Below are positions 26,235-40,726 of a stretch of DNA of 64,000 nucleotides, piece by piece. Where the stretch lies: contig OX597817.1 in assembly GCA_951406725.2 (NCBI GenBank), positions 171,306,001-171,370,000 of the forward strand, in the 5' to 3' direction. The notes beneath the pieces were generated by a model, which was not told the origin of the DNA, did no database searches, and saw nothing but the letters and a program-made list of their open reading frames with translations. The stretch's first letter is position 1; the number at the start of each line of letters is the position of its first letter. The position numbers were made by a program, and so were the translations under genes. Source of the stretch: Octopus vulgaris. Its lineage: Eukaryota.

Positions 26235-26397
26235 CAAAAGAAGTTTTTTTTATATATACGCACGCTGATATATGACCTACATTGGACTCCTTATTCGCAT
26301 AATCACAGAACCTGGAGCTTAACTATGGTCCATCCATAGCCCTTACTCAACATTACCTGACACCTTTGGGTCTCACTGACACCATTACCTCTCATAA

Positions 26398-26442
<45 letters not shown>

Positions 26443-26949
26443 TGTTCAGCTAAACCTTTCAAAATAGTGCCCCAGTATGGCCACAGTCCAATGACTGAAA
26501 CATACAAAGGATAAAAGGTATATAGAACAGACAGGTGTAGATGTGTGGTTAAGAAGTTTGCTTCCAGCTACATGGTTTTGGATTCAGTCCCACTGCGTGG
26601 CATCTTGGGCAAATATCTTTTGCAATAGCACTGCGATAAACCAAAGCCTTGTGAGTGGATTTGGTAGAAACTGAAGAGCCCAGCATGTGTGTGTGTATGA
26701 GAGAGAGAGAGAGTATGTTTGTAAGATCATCTTGAAATTGCAAGTTATGAGATATTGTAAAATGATTGTTACAGTCATATAAGTGGTGTCATTCATTTCC
26801 AGTATTCTGCAAGAACATGTCTGGTCATGGGGATATATTACCTTACTTGAAGGCAAGTGAAGGTTGGTGACAGGAAGGGCATCCACCTATAGAAAATCTG
26901 CCTCAATAAAACTTCTTCCAACTCATGCAAGCATTGAGAAAAAGGATGT

Positions 26950-26951
26950 GG

Positions 26952-26997
<46 letters not shown>

Positions 26998-27050
26998 GAT
27001 GATTAAGATGATGATGATGATGATGGTGAGGACAACGATGACGTTGATGA
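26950..27050 (+). repeat. (GAT)n microsatellite at a SINE tail
   Basis: Direct reading; generates the poly-M/poly-I ORFs. Confidence 0.95.
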
Positions 27051-28280
27051 TATATAGAATGCTGAAGCAATTCATGGAACTAGTTTGTACATTTTTCAAT
27101 GGTTTTTTGTGGGGGTTTGCTTTTGATTTAAAGAAGAGTTGTCGTATGATCGTTGAAGATCCTTCAAAGCTCAGTGAGATCAATGAGGACAACATTCCCC
27201 TAGAACAGTTCTAAGTCAGTCACATGCAAGAAAAGCACATACAGGAAGGAAATTCCAAAAAGGTTCCGATATTCCGGGAGAGAAGGGCTGGATGCAGTCA
27301 GTAGTTTGGGATGGTAGGACATGATATGGGCACTAAGAGAACAAATGATATAAAAGCTGAAAGAGTACCAGAGTGGAATTGACAAATTGGCAGGAGTCTG
27401 AGGTCAGGCAGCTCTGAAGTGTAAAGATCACTTAAGTAGTGAGAAAAAAGCAAAAAGTGGAGACAGCACGGGTCTGTGGACCAGAGGCTGGAATATGCTT
27501 GTGAGCAAACTTAACGCCAGCCAATCCAAATCAAAAGGATATCAAACAGGATTTCAAGTTTGACATTAGCCAATGAGTGTTGTATTATGGCTCTGAGTAT
27601 GTTACTGTAGTTTTCTTTGTTTAGTCACAGGTGTACTCTCATCATCATCATCATCATCATCCTTTAATGTCCGTTTTCCATGCTGGCATGGGTTGTGTCG
27701 TTTGACAGGAGCTGACCAGACTTAGACTCTAAATCGTTTGTTGTGACATAGTTTCTACAGCTGGATGTCCTTCCTAATGCTCTGGTCATGGATGTTTCAG
27801 TTCAGAATATACAAAAAGATTTTTGTATGGTTAAGGAAACTGCTTCGACACCATGTGGTCTCAGCTTTGGTCCCTCTGGTGCAGCATTGCTGTCTTGGCA
27901 ATGAGAGCAAAGTCCAAGTTGCTGCAAGCATTGAAAGGCAAGTTTCCTGTCCAACAGTAACTTCTACCCGACAGCCTTTGAATCCCTGAAAAAGATCGCT
28001 GGTACTACCCTTTATCTGCACCTTTATCCACAGAAATGAATAAATAAATAAGATAAATATCAAAAAACATTTGGAAAAATGTCTTCTATCATATTTTCAG
28101 TTGAAAACAGCCTTGGAAGTAACATTTGACAGATGGAAACTATGCAGAAACTAGTGGTGTGTGTGTGTATATATGTATATATATATAGGGAGAATTCACA
28201 AAAAAAAAAACAAAAGACGAAGACAGGAAGTGTAGACAACAAACAGATGTATTAGTATAATGCTTGGGAAGTAAAAAAGT

Positions 28281-28316
28281 CTTTAACGTTTCAAGCCTAC
28301 ACTCTTCCACAGAAAG
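28281..28316 (-). ncRNA. Degenerate minimal hammerhead-like motif in a short TA-flanked element (~28185-28390)
   Basis: Minus: cttt-CTGTGGA-a-gagt gtag gctt-GAAA-cg-TT-aaag. The topology of Penelope-type minimal hammerheads is kept, but core A6 is changed. Confidence 0.45.
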
Positions 28317-29164
28317 GAACACAGAAAGAAACAAGGAGAGAAAATAAAGAATGTGTAGTGGCTAGCAATCTGTCATTACTAGCCACTATATATATACACA
28401 TATATATGAAATTAACATGAAGCCTTAAGGATGAAGTGAGCATCAACCTATTTCGAAATAAGAGCTAAGGTCTTAATTCAACTGCCAGATTATGCTGCTC
28501 AGATGCTCATATACCATGGTTTCAGGTGTTGGCCCGAACACCTGAATGGGCAAGAAATTCCAAATCTGCCATATTATAAATCTATAAACACTCTGGCTTG
28601 TTTTGCGCTAAAAACCAGCAACGCACGGTGCAAAATATTTACACGCAAAAAACATTTGAATGTTTACCATTTGACAACCAGTGTCAGTATGTTTCCATCT
28701 CCATAACTTAGCGGTTTGACAGCAAAGACTGATAGAATAAGTATCAGGCTTTAAAAAAACAAGTACTAGGGTCAATTTATTTGACTAAAAACTCTTCAAG
28801 GCAGTGCCCCAGCATGGCCACAGTCTATTGACTGAAACAAGAAAAGGATACAAAATAAAAGTTAGCAGTCCATAAGTCAGAAACCGCAGGATGCAAAAAC
28901 CAACATTACCATTCTGACCCAGTTATATGCTACAACCACTAATATACTACTTACTGATATATAAATAAATATGTCTGTATATATATATATACCAAGACAA
29001 TATATATATAGGTAGTATATATTATTGATTAATGCATAAAATTGATTAGAGAGATCAATGTAAAACAAACATTATACAAAATAATAGTCCGATTCACGGA
29101 GCATAATACTTGAACATATTAGAAATAAAAACAGGATTTGTTTATATTTCCAGTATGTTCAATT

Positions 29165-29214
<50 letters not shown>

Positions 29215-30029
29215 ACATATTAATGAAAATGGGAAGAATCAGTTCATCAAACAACAAAGCTTGTATTAGATGCCATACAGGTTTAGGTCTGTTTACACTC
29301 AAGCAAACTTTGCTTTTCATCCTGTACATAAACCTATCAAATAGGTAACAGGCAAATTATAGAGGGTTATGTATCGAATAAAACCCTTGGAAAAGAGGAC
29401 CCAGCAGAACAGCAGTCTCAGGACTGAAATTAATAAATTAACCTATAAAAAGAAATGTTTATCCAAAAGTACATCTAAAATGTCCTTCCTATTCTAAGGC
29501 TGTCAGATCCTCTGATTTAATGAAGATTTGGCTATTATTTCAAGCAAGCCAAGTTATCATGTAGAGGCTCCTTTATTACCTTATCGGATGACATAACAAT
29601 AATGTAGTGTTGAATAGAGAAGGAAAGGAACACTGTTGATATTTATGTATTTAATCAATTTTGATGTGCGTGAAGTTCATAAGCCATAATAACACTAACG
29701 GATGGAAACAGGAAAAAAAGCAAAACATACAAATAAATAAATAAAAAGGAAGAAAAAAGTACAGATAAAGAACAGTTAAATATAGAATTCAAATTTTGGC
29801 ACAAGGCCAGCAATTTGGGGGAAATGGGTAAGTTGATTACATCAGCCCATTGATCAACTGGTAGTCATTTTATCAACACCCAAAAGGATTCGGTAAAGTC
29901 GACCTTGGCAGAATTTGAACCTGGAACATAATGACAGACGAAATGAAACTAAGCATTTTTCCTACTTTGCTAACAATTCTGCTATGTTGTTGCCTTAAGA
30001 ACATTTTTTTTTAAAGCATTGCTTGTTAC

Positions 30030-30500
30030 AAGGTCCTTTAGACCAACCACTGAAAATATAAGAGCTGCTAGAATAAAGTGGATGCTAGACAGCAGTCAAT
30101 AAGTCACGATGTACATTAGACTTAAAAGACTGGAGGTCATATTGAAGAGGAAAACAAAACTGTAGAAGGGAATCCCAAAGTTCAGAGGTGCGAGGGAAGA
30201 AACTGGTACTGTAAAGTGCTTTACGACACTTGGGAGATTGCAGAGTATAGTGATGAGAACTGGATGCAAGTCTAGTTGATTTCTGATAAGTTCTTAAAGG
30301 AGGAACCAGAGAAGAGGGCTCAGCTGAACAATGTCCATGAAAATACTTTTAGAAGAGAGACACTGTAGTCACATGACAACAACGAGAGAGTTAATCCAAT
30401 TTAGAAGATAGATCAGGACCAATAGCATTATCAATAGGGTGTTAAATGCAGTCCAGCAGATTAAACAATCCACTGGAGCACCTGCCCATATGTCATTAAA
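30030..30500 (-). mobile_element. Old L2/CR1-group LINE 3' fragment
   Basis: Minus strand reads YSTSFFPRTSELWDSL...YDLQSFKSNVHR. Confidence 0.65.
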
Positions 30501-31753
30501 TATCCTTGTAGCCTCTCTAAACTGGAAAATATATTACACATCCAACCTTGAAAAACTTTCTAGAACTGTTTTTTTAAAATGTCATCTCTCAGAAATGAAT
30601 GACTTTTGAATTGGCACAAATAATGCCATTAGCTTACTGAATAGCTGCCACAAGAACACAAGAGTGATTTCATACAACCTCTTCATAACAAAATAGTTCC
30701 AAAGAAAACGGCCCATTCAAAGCCAACAAAGGCATTGCTTGTTAACCTTGCTCAGTATTCAATGCATTCAATACAGCATTTTATACACTGACAGATCTAC
30801 TTAGATAATGAAGGATTAAAATTTTATAGCTTATTTCTTGATTCTTCCCAATATTTTTCCTCACCCTTGACAATTCATGTTTTTCCTGAAGGATTTGACT
30901 TGTGAAAGATTCAAAATGTAGTCTACATCTAAGATTTCTTATTGTTAACTTTTGTTAACTTGGAAGCAAGTGAAACACATCTGTCTTTCGAATATTTCTT
31001 TTTTTTGCCACTCTTGTCCATGTCATATAATGTTTCCATGTAAGTCTTCACCTAAAAATTTTACCCCTGGAAATGGTCACAAAATTCTCTCTATTTCTTT
31101 TTTCCTTTTATCATTTTGTCTTTTTTTGTACAGGCATATTAGACAGCACAAACATTCATACATAGTTTTTTATAAACATATTTAGAAGCATCAAGTGAGT
31201 TGGTATTTTACAGAAAATGAAGTAAATCTCAAACACAGGATAGCCATGAAAACAGCTTAGAAGATTGGATAAATATTCCTAGAAGATGATAAAAAGTGGC
31301 CAGCAAATGGCAACAGAGAAACCCTGTACCTCTCAGATATCAGCTGAGTGCTCTGTACTATTAAGCTAACAGTGGCATCTCACAGTCTTCTAAGCTGTTT
31401 TCACAGTTATCCTGCATTCAAGGTTTACTTTATTTTCTGTAAAATACATACATTCACAAACACATACAGGCAAACAAATAGGTATGGTTGTATAACTGAG
31501 AAATTCACTTCCTGATCCTGATACCAAATTCAGTCTTACGGTGCAGCACCTCAAGCAAATGTCTTCTACAATGGCCAATAATAGCCTTGGGCTTACAAAA
31601 ACAAAAAGGTGTGTGTGTGTGTGTGCGTCACCACCATCACCACTTGACAACTGGCATTGGTTTGTTTGTAACCTAGTGGTTAGGCAACAGACACTGATAG
31701 AATAAGTACCAGGCTTAAACAAAAAATTAGAACTGGGGTTGATCTGTTGGACT

Positions 31754-32464
31754 CTTTTACAATCTCTTGAACAAGCCTCAAATTGTGTGGGTCTTTACCT
31801 CAATGAGGCCAAGACTGAATACATAAACAAGTGCCTGTCCAACAGTGATTGCATCATCCATACTCTCAACAATGCACCCTTAAATATGGTTTCTGATTAC
31901 AAATATCTTGGGTTATACATATCATCATCTGGAAAAGACTTTCTAACTAGAAAGGGTATGGCCTGGTCAGCCTGTAATGACATGCATAAGATCTGGTCAT
32001 CAAATCTAAGTAGAGACTTCAAACTTGAAATCTTCAAAGCCACAGTCGAACCAATTCTACTATATGGCTCAGAAACCTGGACGTTATCAAAGAAGCTTGA
32101 GAGGTGGTTGGTTGGAACCTACACTCGCCTCCTTATGAGAGCTCAAAATCTCTCGTGGAAGCGTCATCCAACCAAAATGCAAATATATGGGAAACTACCA
32201 CCTGTGTCATCTCTTGTGAAAGGTAAGAGAATCCAGTTTGCTGGACATTGTTGTAGAGCTGAAAAAGAGGTAATTTCTACTCTTCTCCTCTGGAAGCCAT
32301 CTACTCGCAATACCAGAGGGCCCACACTCTCCTACCCTGATGTAATCTCCAGGGAGACAGGCATCCAGCAACAGGACCTCCGTAATGCCATGATGGACCG
32401 TGAAGTCTGGCGTAGCATGGTAAATTCCATTGTCTCGATCACGGTCGAACAATGATGATGATGA
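31754..32464 (+). mobile_element. 5'-truncated RTE-clade LINE (RT C-terminal part, still open), nested in a SINE
   Basis: GLYLNEAKTEY...YKYLG...ILLYGSETWTL...QFAGHC...AMMDREVWR; (GAT)n tail; TSD tggact at 31748-31753 and 32465-32470. The host SINE continues on both sides. Confidence 0.92.
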
Positions 32465-33614
32465 TGGACTAAAATTCTTCAAGGTCGTGCCCCACCAAAG
32501 CCACAGTCTAATGATTGAAACAATTAAATGATAAAAGATAAAAGTTAGACACAGGCATGGATGTTTAGTTATGAAGCTTGCTTTCCAATCATGTTGTTTT
32601 GGGTTCCGTCCCACTGTGTGACACTTTGATCAAGCATCATGTGTTATATAACTCTGGAATGACCAAAACCTTGCGAACAGATTCTTTAGATGGAAACTGA
32701 AAAAAGCTCCTTGTGTGTGTGTGTGAGAGTGTGCATGTATACATGCTTGGGTTTATGTGTACCCTTGGCCTGACACTAAGGGATGGTTGTAAAGAAGCAT
32801 CACTGTCATACAAGCGATGTTGTTGGTTCCAGTTCTCTGTGGAAGTCATGCCTTGCCATGGAAAAATATAACTTTGCTGGGAAATAAGTAAAAGCTGGAG
32901 GTGGGAAGGGCATCTGGCAACAGAAAATATGCCTTGACCAAATTCCATCTGACCTATGCAAGCATAGAAAAGTGGACAGTAAAACAACAGTGGTCATCAT
33001 ATAATTCAGTTTTTCCTATGATTTAACCTGCAAGTCAATAGAATATTCAATGATTCCACAGCAATACTACCCCTGCAGCATCTTATAACAAAATCTTATG
33101 AACAGCCCACTATCAACAACACCAACACAGAGCAGTTTGGTACTATTTCTTTAAAGGGGAATTTAATCAATACAATAAACTTCAGTGACTTATTGGTATA
33201 AGCTGTTGAACAGTTATATTGGCTACTCTGTCTTAAGACTATAAATCTATTGATTTCTACTATTGATTGAACTCAAGGTTCAATTTTTTTCGTAGAAGTC
33301 ATTGAGTTATTCAAATGAGTATATTTATTACGAGTGCATATTTTATTAATCTGGGAAAGATGAAATGAAAAACCAAGTATTTCAGCAAAATTTCAATTTA
33401 GAAATTCAGACAGACAACCCTTTCGATACCAATCTGATGGAGATTGTTCCTGATTCTATGATACAACTTCTTGTTTTAAAGAGATTGAAATTAAAACTTT
33501 GCAATAAAATTCATAAAATGTGCCAAATACCAGCTAAATAATAAAAGAATGTTATTTTACTGAACTCTTTATTAGCTTCAAAATGAATTTAATACAAAGG
33601 TATCAAATGATTAG

Positions 33615-34230
33615 GTACAGACATGGCTGAGTGGTAAGAAGCTTGCTTATTAACCACATGGTTTCAGGTCCAGTCCCACTGCATAGCTCCATGAGCAAGT
33701 GTCTTCTACTATAGCCTTGGGCCGACCAAAGCCTTGTGAGTGGATTTGGTAGATGGAAACTGAAAGAAGCCCATCATATACATATATATATATATATATA
33801 TATGTCTGTATATATTTGTGTGTTTGTGTCTATGTTTGTCCCTCTGCCGATGTTGGTGTCCCCGTAACTTAGTGGTTCAGCAAAACAGACCGATAGGCTT
33901 ACAAAGAATAAGTTCTGGGGTTGATTTGTTCAACTAAAACCCCTAAACCCTTTTATTACCATATTTCTGTTGAGATGCTCTGTGTTTCTTTCAATTAATT
34001 TTAAATATAACAAAGAATCTAGTAAAATAACTTAGTTATCATTCAGCTAGTGTTAGGAACATAAATTGTGACTAAGGTTTGGTGGAAGATTTTAATTCAG
34101 AACTTTTGAAAACAAGACAGTCATACTAAAGAGCTAGAGGTGGTTTCAACCGGGTTGGTATCAAAAGGGTTAAGTTGGTGCTCCAGCATGGATGCAATTA
34201 AATGACTGAAACAAGTAAAAGTATAAAAGA
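33615..34230 (+). mobile_element. CORE-like SINE carrying a piggyBac-type MITE (~33948-34169)
   Basis: The SINE tail is split after caactaaaacccctaaa; the insert is the reverse complement of 2619-2838 and ends aaagggttaa. Confidence 0.85.
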
Positions 34231-34869
34231 AAAAGTAGTGTAGTTCAACAGAAATATAGTAACAAATGGGTTAAATTAGATAGAATAAGATGATTATTTA
34301 GGGAAGTTCTGTGAGATTCTACCAAATCAGAACCCTTAAATCTTTAGAATGAATATAATGATAAGGAATACTAAGAAAAACTTTACCTTATCTTTTATCT
34401 TTCAGTTGTTACCATCATTGAACTGTGGCCATGCTGGGACATGACTTTGGAGCATTTTAGTCAAATGAACTGATCCCTGCGCTTATTTTTTTTTAGCCTG
34501 GTGTTTATACTATCAGTCACTTATGGCACTCCATTGGTGACAATGACAAGGGTTCCAGGTGATCCAATCAATGGAACAGCCTGCTTGTGAAATTAACGTG
34601 CAAGTGGCTGAGCACTCCACAGGCATGCGTACCCTTAATGTAGTTCTCAAGGGAGATTCAGCATGACATAGAATGTGACAAGGCTGGCCCTTTGAAATAC
34701 AGGTACTACTCATATGTGCCAGCTGAGTGGACTGGAGCAACATGAAATAAACAGAGTGTCTTCCTCAAGGACAAAATGCATCACTGGGAATTGAACTCAT
34801 GATCTTACAACCATGGGCCAAATACTCTATGTGGTAAGAACTATGTTGTAAGAAATCAGGGTATCAATC

Positions 34870-35092
34870 GGAGAGCTGGCAGAAACGTTAGCATGCCAGC
34901 CGAAATGCTTAGTGGTATTTTGTCTGCCGTTACGTTCTGAGTTCAAATTCCGCCGAGGTCAACTTTACCTTTCATCCTTTCGGGGTTGATAAATTAAATA
35001 CTAGTTACGCAATGGGGTCAATGGAATCAACTTAATCCCTTTGTCCTTGTTTGTCGCCTCTATGTTTAGCCCCTTGTGGGCAATAAAGAAAG
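34870..35092 (+). mobile_element. Meta-type tRNA SINE, monomer
   Basis: gagctggcagaaacgttagc head, ccttcatcctttcggggttgataaa core, gggcaataaagaaa tail. Same family as the 184-bp array. Confidence 0.9.
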
Positions 35093-35304
35093 CAGAAATC
35101 AGGGTATCGATCTCTTATACCAAACCATTAAGTAACAGGGTTATACACAAACTAACCCTAGCTGTCAAGCAGGGGCGGGGAACAAACATAAACACACACA
35201 CACTATAGTAGTATGGTTTTCATGAAGCATTGTATGATATAGATGTTTTTAAATACTCTTTTGATAGCTAAAACAATGCAATTTAAAAAATCAAAAATGC
35301 ATTG

Positions 35305-35645
35305 CAATACTTAGTAATGTTACCTGGTATTTCAATAATACTTAGTAATGTTGTTACCTGGTATTTCAATAATACTTAGTAATGTTGTTACCTGGTATTT
35401 CAATAATACTTAGTAATGTTGTTACCTGGTATTTCAATAATACTTAGTAATGTTGTTACCTGGTATTTCAATAATACTTAGTAATGTTGTTACCTGGTAT
35501 TTCAATAATACTTAGTAATGTTGTTACCTGGTATTTCAATAATACTTAGTAATGTTGTTACCTGGTATTTCAATAATACTTAGTAATGTTGTTACCTGGC
35601 ATTTCAATAATACTTAGTAATGTTGTTACCTGGTATTTCAATAAT
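35305..35645. repeat. 34-bp minisatellite, about 10 copies
   Basis: Unit caataatacttagtaatgttgttacctggtattt at 35333, 35367, 35401 ... 35605; shorter first copy; one T>C variant. Confidence 0.95.
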
Positions 35646-36798
35646 TGTAATCATTAACTTGCATGTTTAATTCTACAACCTGTGTTGTTTTGGCTTTAAA
35701 AAATTGTATTTAAAACATGTGTTCTTTTATTCTTTTACCTGTTTCAGTCATTTGGCTGCGGCCATGCTGGAGCACCACCTTGGAGGGTTTTTTAGACGAG
35801 CAAATCCATCCCAGAACTTATTTTTTTAAAGCCTAGTACTTACTCTATCAGTCTCTTTTGCTGAACCACTAAGTTACAGTAACATAAACACAGCAGCACT
35901 GGTTGTCAAGCAGTGATGGGGAAAAACACAGACACACACAGAGAAATATATATATATAGCAATAAGAAAATGGAGGGGATCAATAGGTGGTTCATCAAGT
36001 TTTAGACATTATATTATGCTAACTTATTTATTTATCTATAAACTGATAATTACAATAATATACATACATATTACATATTATGCTTTACATATAAGATATA
36101 AGATATAGTAATATATAAGGATACCAGTAATTATTATAAAGGGCTTCTTTCAGTTTCTATCTACCAAATCCACTGACATGGCTTTGGTCAGCCTGAGGCT
36201 ATAGTAGAAGACACTTGTCCAAGATGCTATGCAGGGGGACTGAACCCAGAACCATGTGGTTCATAAGCAAGCTTCTTACTGCTCAATCACGCCTGTGTAT
36301 ATATACATTTTTATACATGACTGGCTTCTTTTAGTTTCTGTCAACCAAATCAAATCGTGAGGTTTTGATCATTCCAAGGCCAAAGTAGAAGTTTGCCCCA
36401 GGTATCATGTAGTGGGACTGAACCTGAAACCATTTGGTTGGGAAATAAATTTCTTATCACACAGCCATGCCTGCACCTAATTTTTCGTTACAAAAATAAA
36501 AAAGAATTAATGGGTGGATTTTGAGGTTTCAAAGAGTTTACTGTTGAAAGAATTTAGGATAGGAATTTGGTGCCATTTTTCCTCTTGTAATTAAATCATT
36601 AAAAAATAATAATAAAATAATAGACAAACCTATGTTCAAAGATTATGACCTCCCCAACTTTTATCATAAACAAATATACCCTTCCAAGTTTTGAAGATGA
36701 TGATGAAGACGATGATGAAGTGTGTGAGAGAGAGTGAGAGAGTGTGTATGTATGAGAAAGAGAGAGAGTGTATGTATGAGACAGAGAGATATAGTGCA

Positions 36799-36832
<34 letters not shown>

Positions 36833-38864
36833 TGTGTGTGTCCTTGTCTTGACATTATGAGACGGTTCAAAATAAGTGTCACCAAGTGATGTTGTTTGTT
36901 TCCAATCTTCCATGAACAAAACAAGTCTGACCATGGGGGAAATAGAAAAATACAATGTTACTTGGAAACTGTGAGGGTTGGAAACAGGAAGAGCATCTAC
37001 CTGTAGATGTGCCTTAACAAATTCCATACAACAATTGTAAACACGGAAAAGCAGATACTAAAACAAAAATGATGCTGTTGACGATGATGATGATATGATT
37101 TGAGGGTGATTTATTTGCCATTTCTAGAAGGCCAAACAATCATGTAACAGTTTCCTTCATTGGTTAAAAATGAAACGAGTTTAATGAGCAGTAGTATGGG
37201 AACAAGTGTTGTGCTGTACCAGCTGGTTCAACTAGGAGTTGGAACTATTACTACTGGCTCAGTTCCCCTCATTACAGAAAGAACAACCATAACATTATTA
37301 AAAAAGCTTACAAAAGGTTATTATACTCAAAAACTGTTAGTAACAACAGTGGATGTGTTACATCACAGGTCATTCCCTCAGAATGGATACATAAACAACA
37401 CTGGCAGTAGTATACAGTTGTAGCAGAACCAGTAGTAGTTTCCTACTTTGTTATAAATAGTTCCATTAGAGCAGAATTTGTTATACAGAAAACAGAGAGT
37501 GACATATTAAAATTGTATGTTTATGTCCTAATTGATCAATCGATTGATCTGATTGCTAGCTTTGCTGGATTTTTTTCTTGTCTTTTCCTTTTTTATGTTC
37601 TTCCAGTTTTACTAGGTCTCCAGAAATACCTGTTAAAAGGCATCTGCAGGCCACTTCAGTAAAAGCCTTTTGTAGATCAAACCACTAACTGAGATAGCCA
37701 CTGGCAAAAATATTTGCAGCTTAGAGGCATGAGTTCATGAGTTATATAGATGCCATGTAAAACAACCAGTCATCCTGTTGTTTAAGATACAATTTTAATT
37801 TTTTTTAGCTGATCCGTGACACTGAGGTTTGCACCACAGAATGGCAAAAGGCTAAGTTGAGTTAAACTGGATTTGAAATTTCAAATTACAGCCTTTCACA
37901 TTTATTTTGAAGAGAACTATAACATCTCTTCATCAAAGGCCATACTAGCTTAACTCTTTCGTTATCATATTCCCGTTGAAACACACTGCTTTTGCTTCAG
38001 CTAATTTTGATGATAAAAAAGAATTTGATAAAATAACTTTGTCCTTATTAAGCTGATGTTTGGAACATAAATTAACATGAAATTTTGCTGGAAGGTTTTA
38101 ATCTAGGTCACTTTAAAATGAGAAATTTATATCATAGAATTGAGGACAGCCTCAGATGGGCTGGTATCAAAAGGTTTAAATGAAATCTAAGACACAAATC
38201 CAATTTCTTGCTTGGGAGAAGCACAGTCAGTTGATACATAGTTGTATAATTCTAACATTTATATAAATGCTTAGCCCCAGATCAGCCCTGATTGAGAAGA
38301 CATATGATCAAAGACGTTCCAGGCATGACCATCCTTTCATTTTTCAGACAATAAATGTAGGACAATACCATCATATGAACCCTTCTGTTCTTTTTCAAGA
38401 TAATAAAACGTGATTTGAGTAAGATTTGACTGTTGTTTACAGGAGGCGGAATACCTGCATAGAGCCTTGTTCATTGATTATAGGTATTTCTGTTATTGAT
38501 TTGAGAAGAATGAAAGACACAACTCTACCTCATCAGGATTTTAGATCAGAACATGATATGAGCAATCAGTCAGGCATTACACCATACCTGCTCACTTGTC
38601 ACCTTTTATCAGCCAATGACAGATCCTCTAACAGTTGATTCATCGATTAGAAATAGCAGCCAAATCGCCCTCAAATTACATCAAGTTATCTTAAAAACAT
38701 ATAGATACATTAGCTAAGGAAGCACTAAATGACCTACATCAAAGGAAAAGGCAGGATAACCATGAGTGGAATGGTATTGATCACAGATCTGCACAATCGG
38801 TGCTCACCTGCATTTAAACACCAATAACTTAACAGCCTTTAAATTAGACAAACAAAATGGTTTC

Positions 38865-39520
38865 AAACTTCAGCACAGGGCCAACAGTTTTTGAGGAGAG
38901 AGAGTAGTGAAATACATCAACCCCAGTACTTGGCTGGTACTTATTTTATTGACCCTAAAAGGATGAAAGGCCAAGTTGACCTAAAGAAGTTTGAACTTAG
39001 AACGTAAAGAAGGATGAAATACTGCTAAGAATTTTGTCCAATGTGCTAACAATTCTGCCAGCTCACCACCTATTTCTTTACTACCCAAAAGGGGCAAAAC
39101 ACAGAGGGGACAAACAAGGACAGACAAACGGATTAAGTCGATTACATCAACCCCAGGGCGTAACTGGTACTTAATTTATCGGCCCCGAAAGGATTAAAGG
39201 CAAAGTCGACCTTGGTGGAATTTGAACTCAGAACGTAACAGCAGACGAAATACAGCTACGCATTTTGCCTGGCGTGCTAACGTTTCTGCCAGCTCACTGC
39301 CTAATACGATAAAAATAATTCTTTCTGCCATAGGGACAAATCCTGAAATTTTATGGGAGGTTGGTTACAGTGATCCCCACCCCCCAAGTACTCAACTGGT
39401 ATTTAGTTTATTGATCCCGGAAGGATGAAAGACAAAGTTGATCTCTGTGGAATTTGAACTCAGAATGTAAAAGCCATCCAGCATTTTGTTTGGCATGCTG
39501 ACAATCCTGCCAGCTCACTG
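38865..39520 (-). mobile_element. Three head-to-tail Meta-type SINEs of different ages
   Basis: Heads (gccagctcac...) near 39060, 39290 and 39510. The middle, least diverged copy's tail starts directly at the older head (ccacc|tatttcttt). Confidence 0.85.
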
Positions 39521-40096
39521 TGCTGCCTGCAAATGTCATCACTAACTTTTCTGTTTGAAATAGTTTAAGAAAGAATACGTTAAAGATATACATTTGAAAT
39601 ATATAACAGGAATAGGTATGAGTGCGTGGTTAAGAAGCTTGATTTGCAACCAATTTGAGCCTCAACACCTATTAGATGTATTCTCTTTAGCCCCAGGTCA
39701 GCCTTGATTAAACAGACCTATGGTCAAAGGAACAAATGACTACAATATCTTTTACCACATAATCTGTAAGACTACCTTATTTAATGTGTCATCCATTTTT
39801 TTCTTTTATGAAAGTAGGACAACAAGGTGTGATTTGAGGGAGATTTAGCAATTATTTCTAGCAGTCTGACATATTATGGGAGTCTCCCTCAATAGCTCAT
39901 CGTTGAGTACTATAGTCTGTTCCCTCAAATCCATTTCACTTCTATAATGGTTTCTGATTAAGACAAAACGCCAACAATTTAGAGGGTCGGGGATCAGTTG
40001 ATTATATCAACCCCAGTACTTGACTGGTACTTCATTTTATCAATCCCAAAGGGATGAAAAATAAAGATTACCTTAGTAGAACATGAACTCAGAATG

Positions 40097-40521
40097 CAGG
40101 GCCAGATTAAGACTTAAAGAGGCCCTAAGCACTTAAAAAGATTTTAGTGCTCCCATTTATATGTTATTCAAAATATGAAGAATAATAAAACATAAAATTA
40201 ATTTTTATTTTCAAAATGAAACAAAACTAACATTAAGAGGGAAAATAATGTTTATTTTTGTATACTTCCACTTTATTTGGATTTGAAAAGTTTTCTCCTA
40301 CTTTTTTGAATTGTGAAATCTTTTGATCGGATCCTCACTATGACACCATGAACACTTTGAAATTATATTTACGATCATAGAAATCACTTTGAATATTATT
40401 TTAGCAAGCTTAAAGGGATTTCTTTTGTGCCATAAACCATTTACCTTCTCCCTGGTGCCCCCATTTTCCTTGATGCCCTAAGCACATACTTATTTTGTTT
40501 AATGATTAATCCTGTGTTCTG
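40097..40521. mobile_element. hAT-like MITE inserted in an old Meta-type SINE
   Basis: cagggccagattaa / ttaatcctgtgttctg termini; degenerate 8-bp TSD tcagaatg / acagactg. Confidence 0.75.
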
Positions 40522-40550
40522 ACAGACTGTGAAGTTAAGGAACAAATACC

Positions 40551-40726
40551 CATTTCTTTACTACCCACAGGGGGCTAAACACAGAGAGGACAAACAAGGA
40601 CAGACAAACGGATTAAGTCGATTATATCAACCCCAGTGCGTAACTGGTACTTATTTAATCAACTCCGAAAGGATGAAAAGCAAAGTCGACCTTGGCAGAA
40701 TTTGAACTCAGAACGTAGTGGCAGAC
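40551..40726 (-). mobile_element. 5'-truncated Meta-type SINE with 11-bp TSD, inside an older SINE of the same superfamily
   Basis: gaacaaatacc is duplicated at 40540-40550 and 40727-40737; the boundaries match the 184-bp array unit. Confidence 0.85.

Noticed and set aside
27190-27600. Possible old L2-like LINE 3' fragment on minus
   Set aside because: Only a faint FWNFLP-like motif; too decayed to call.
35305-35645. 34-bp repeat as CRISPR repeats
   Set aside because: Units are directly adjacent with no spacers.
37233-37445. Imperfect inverted repeat (ggaactattactactggctc / gaaccagtagtagtttcc) around an 87-aa ORF
   Set aside because: Arms are short and imperfect with no TSD, and the ORF has no recognisable features.
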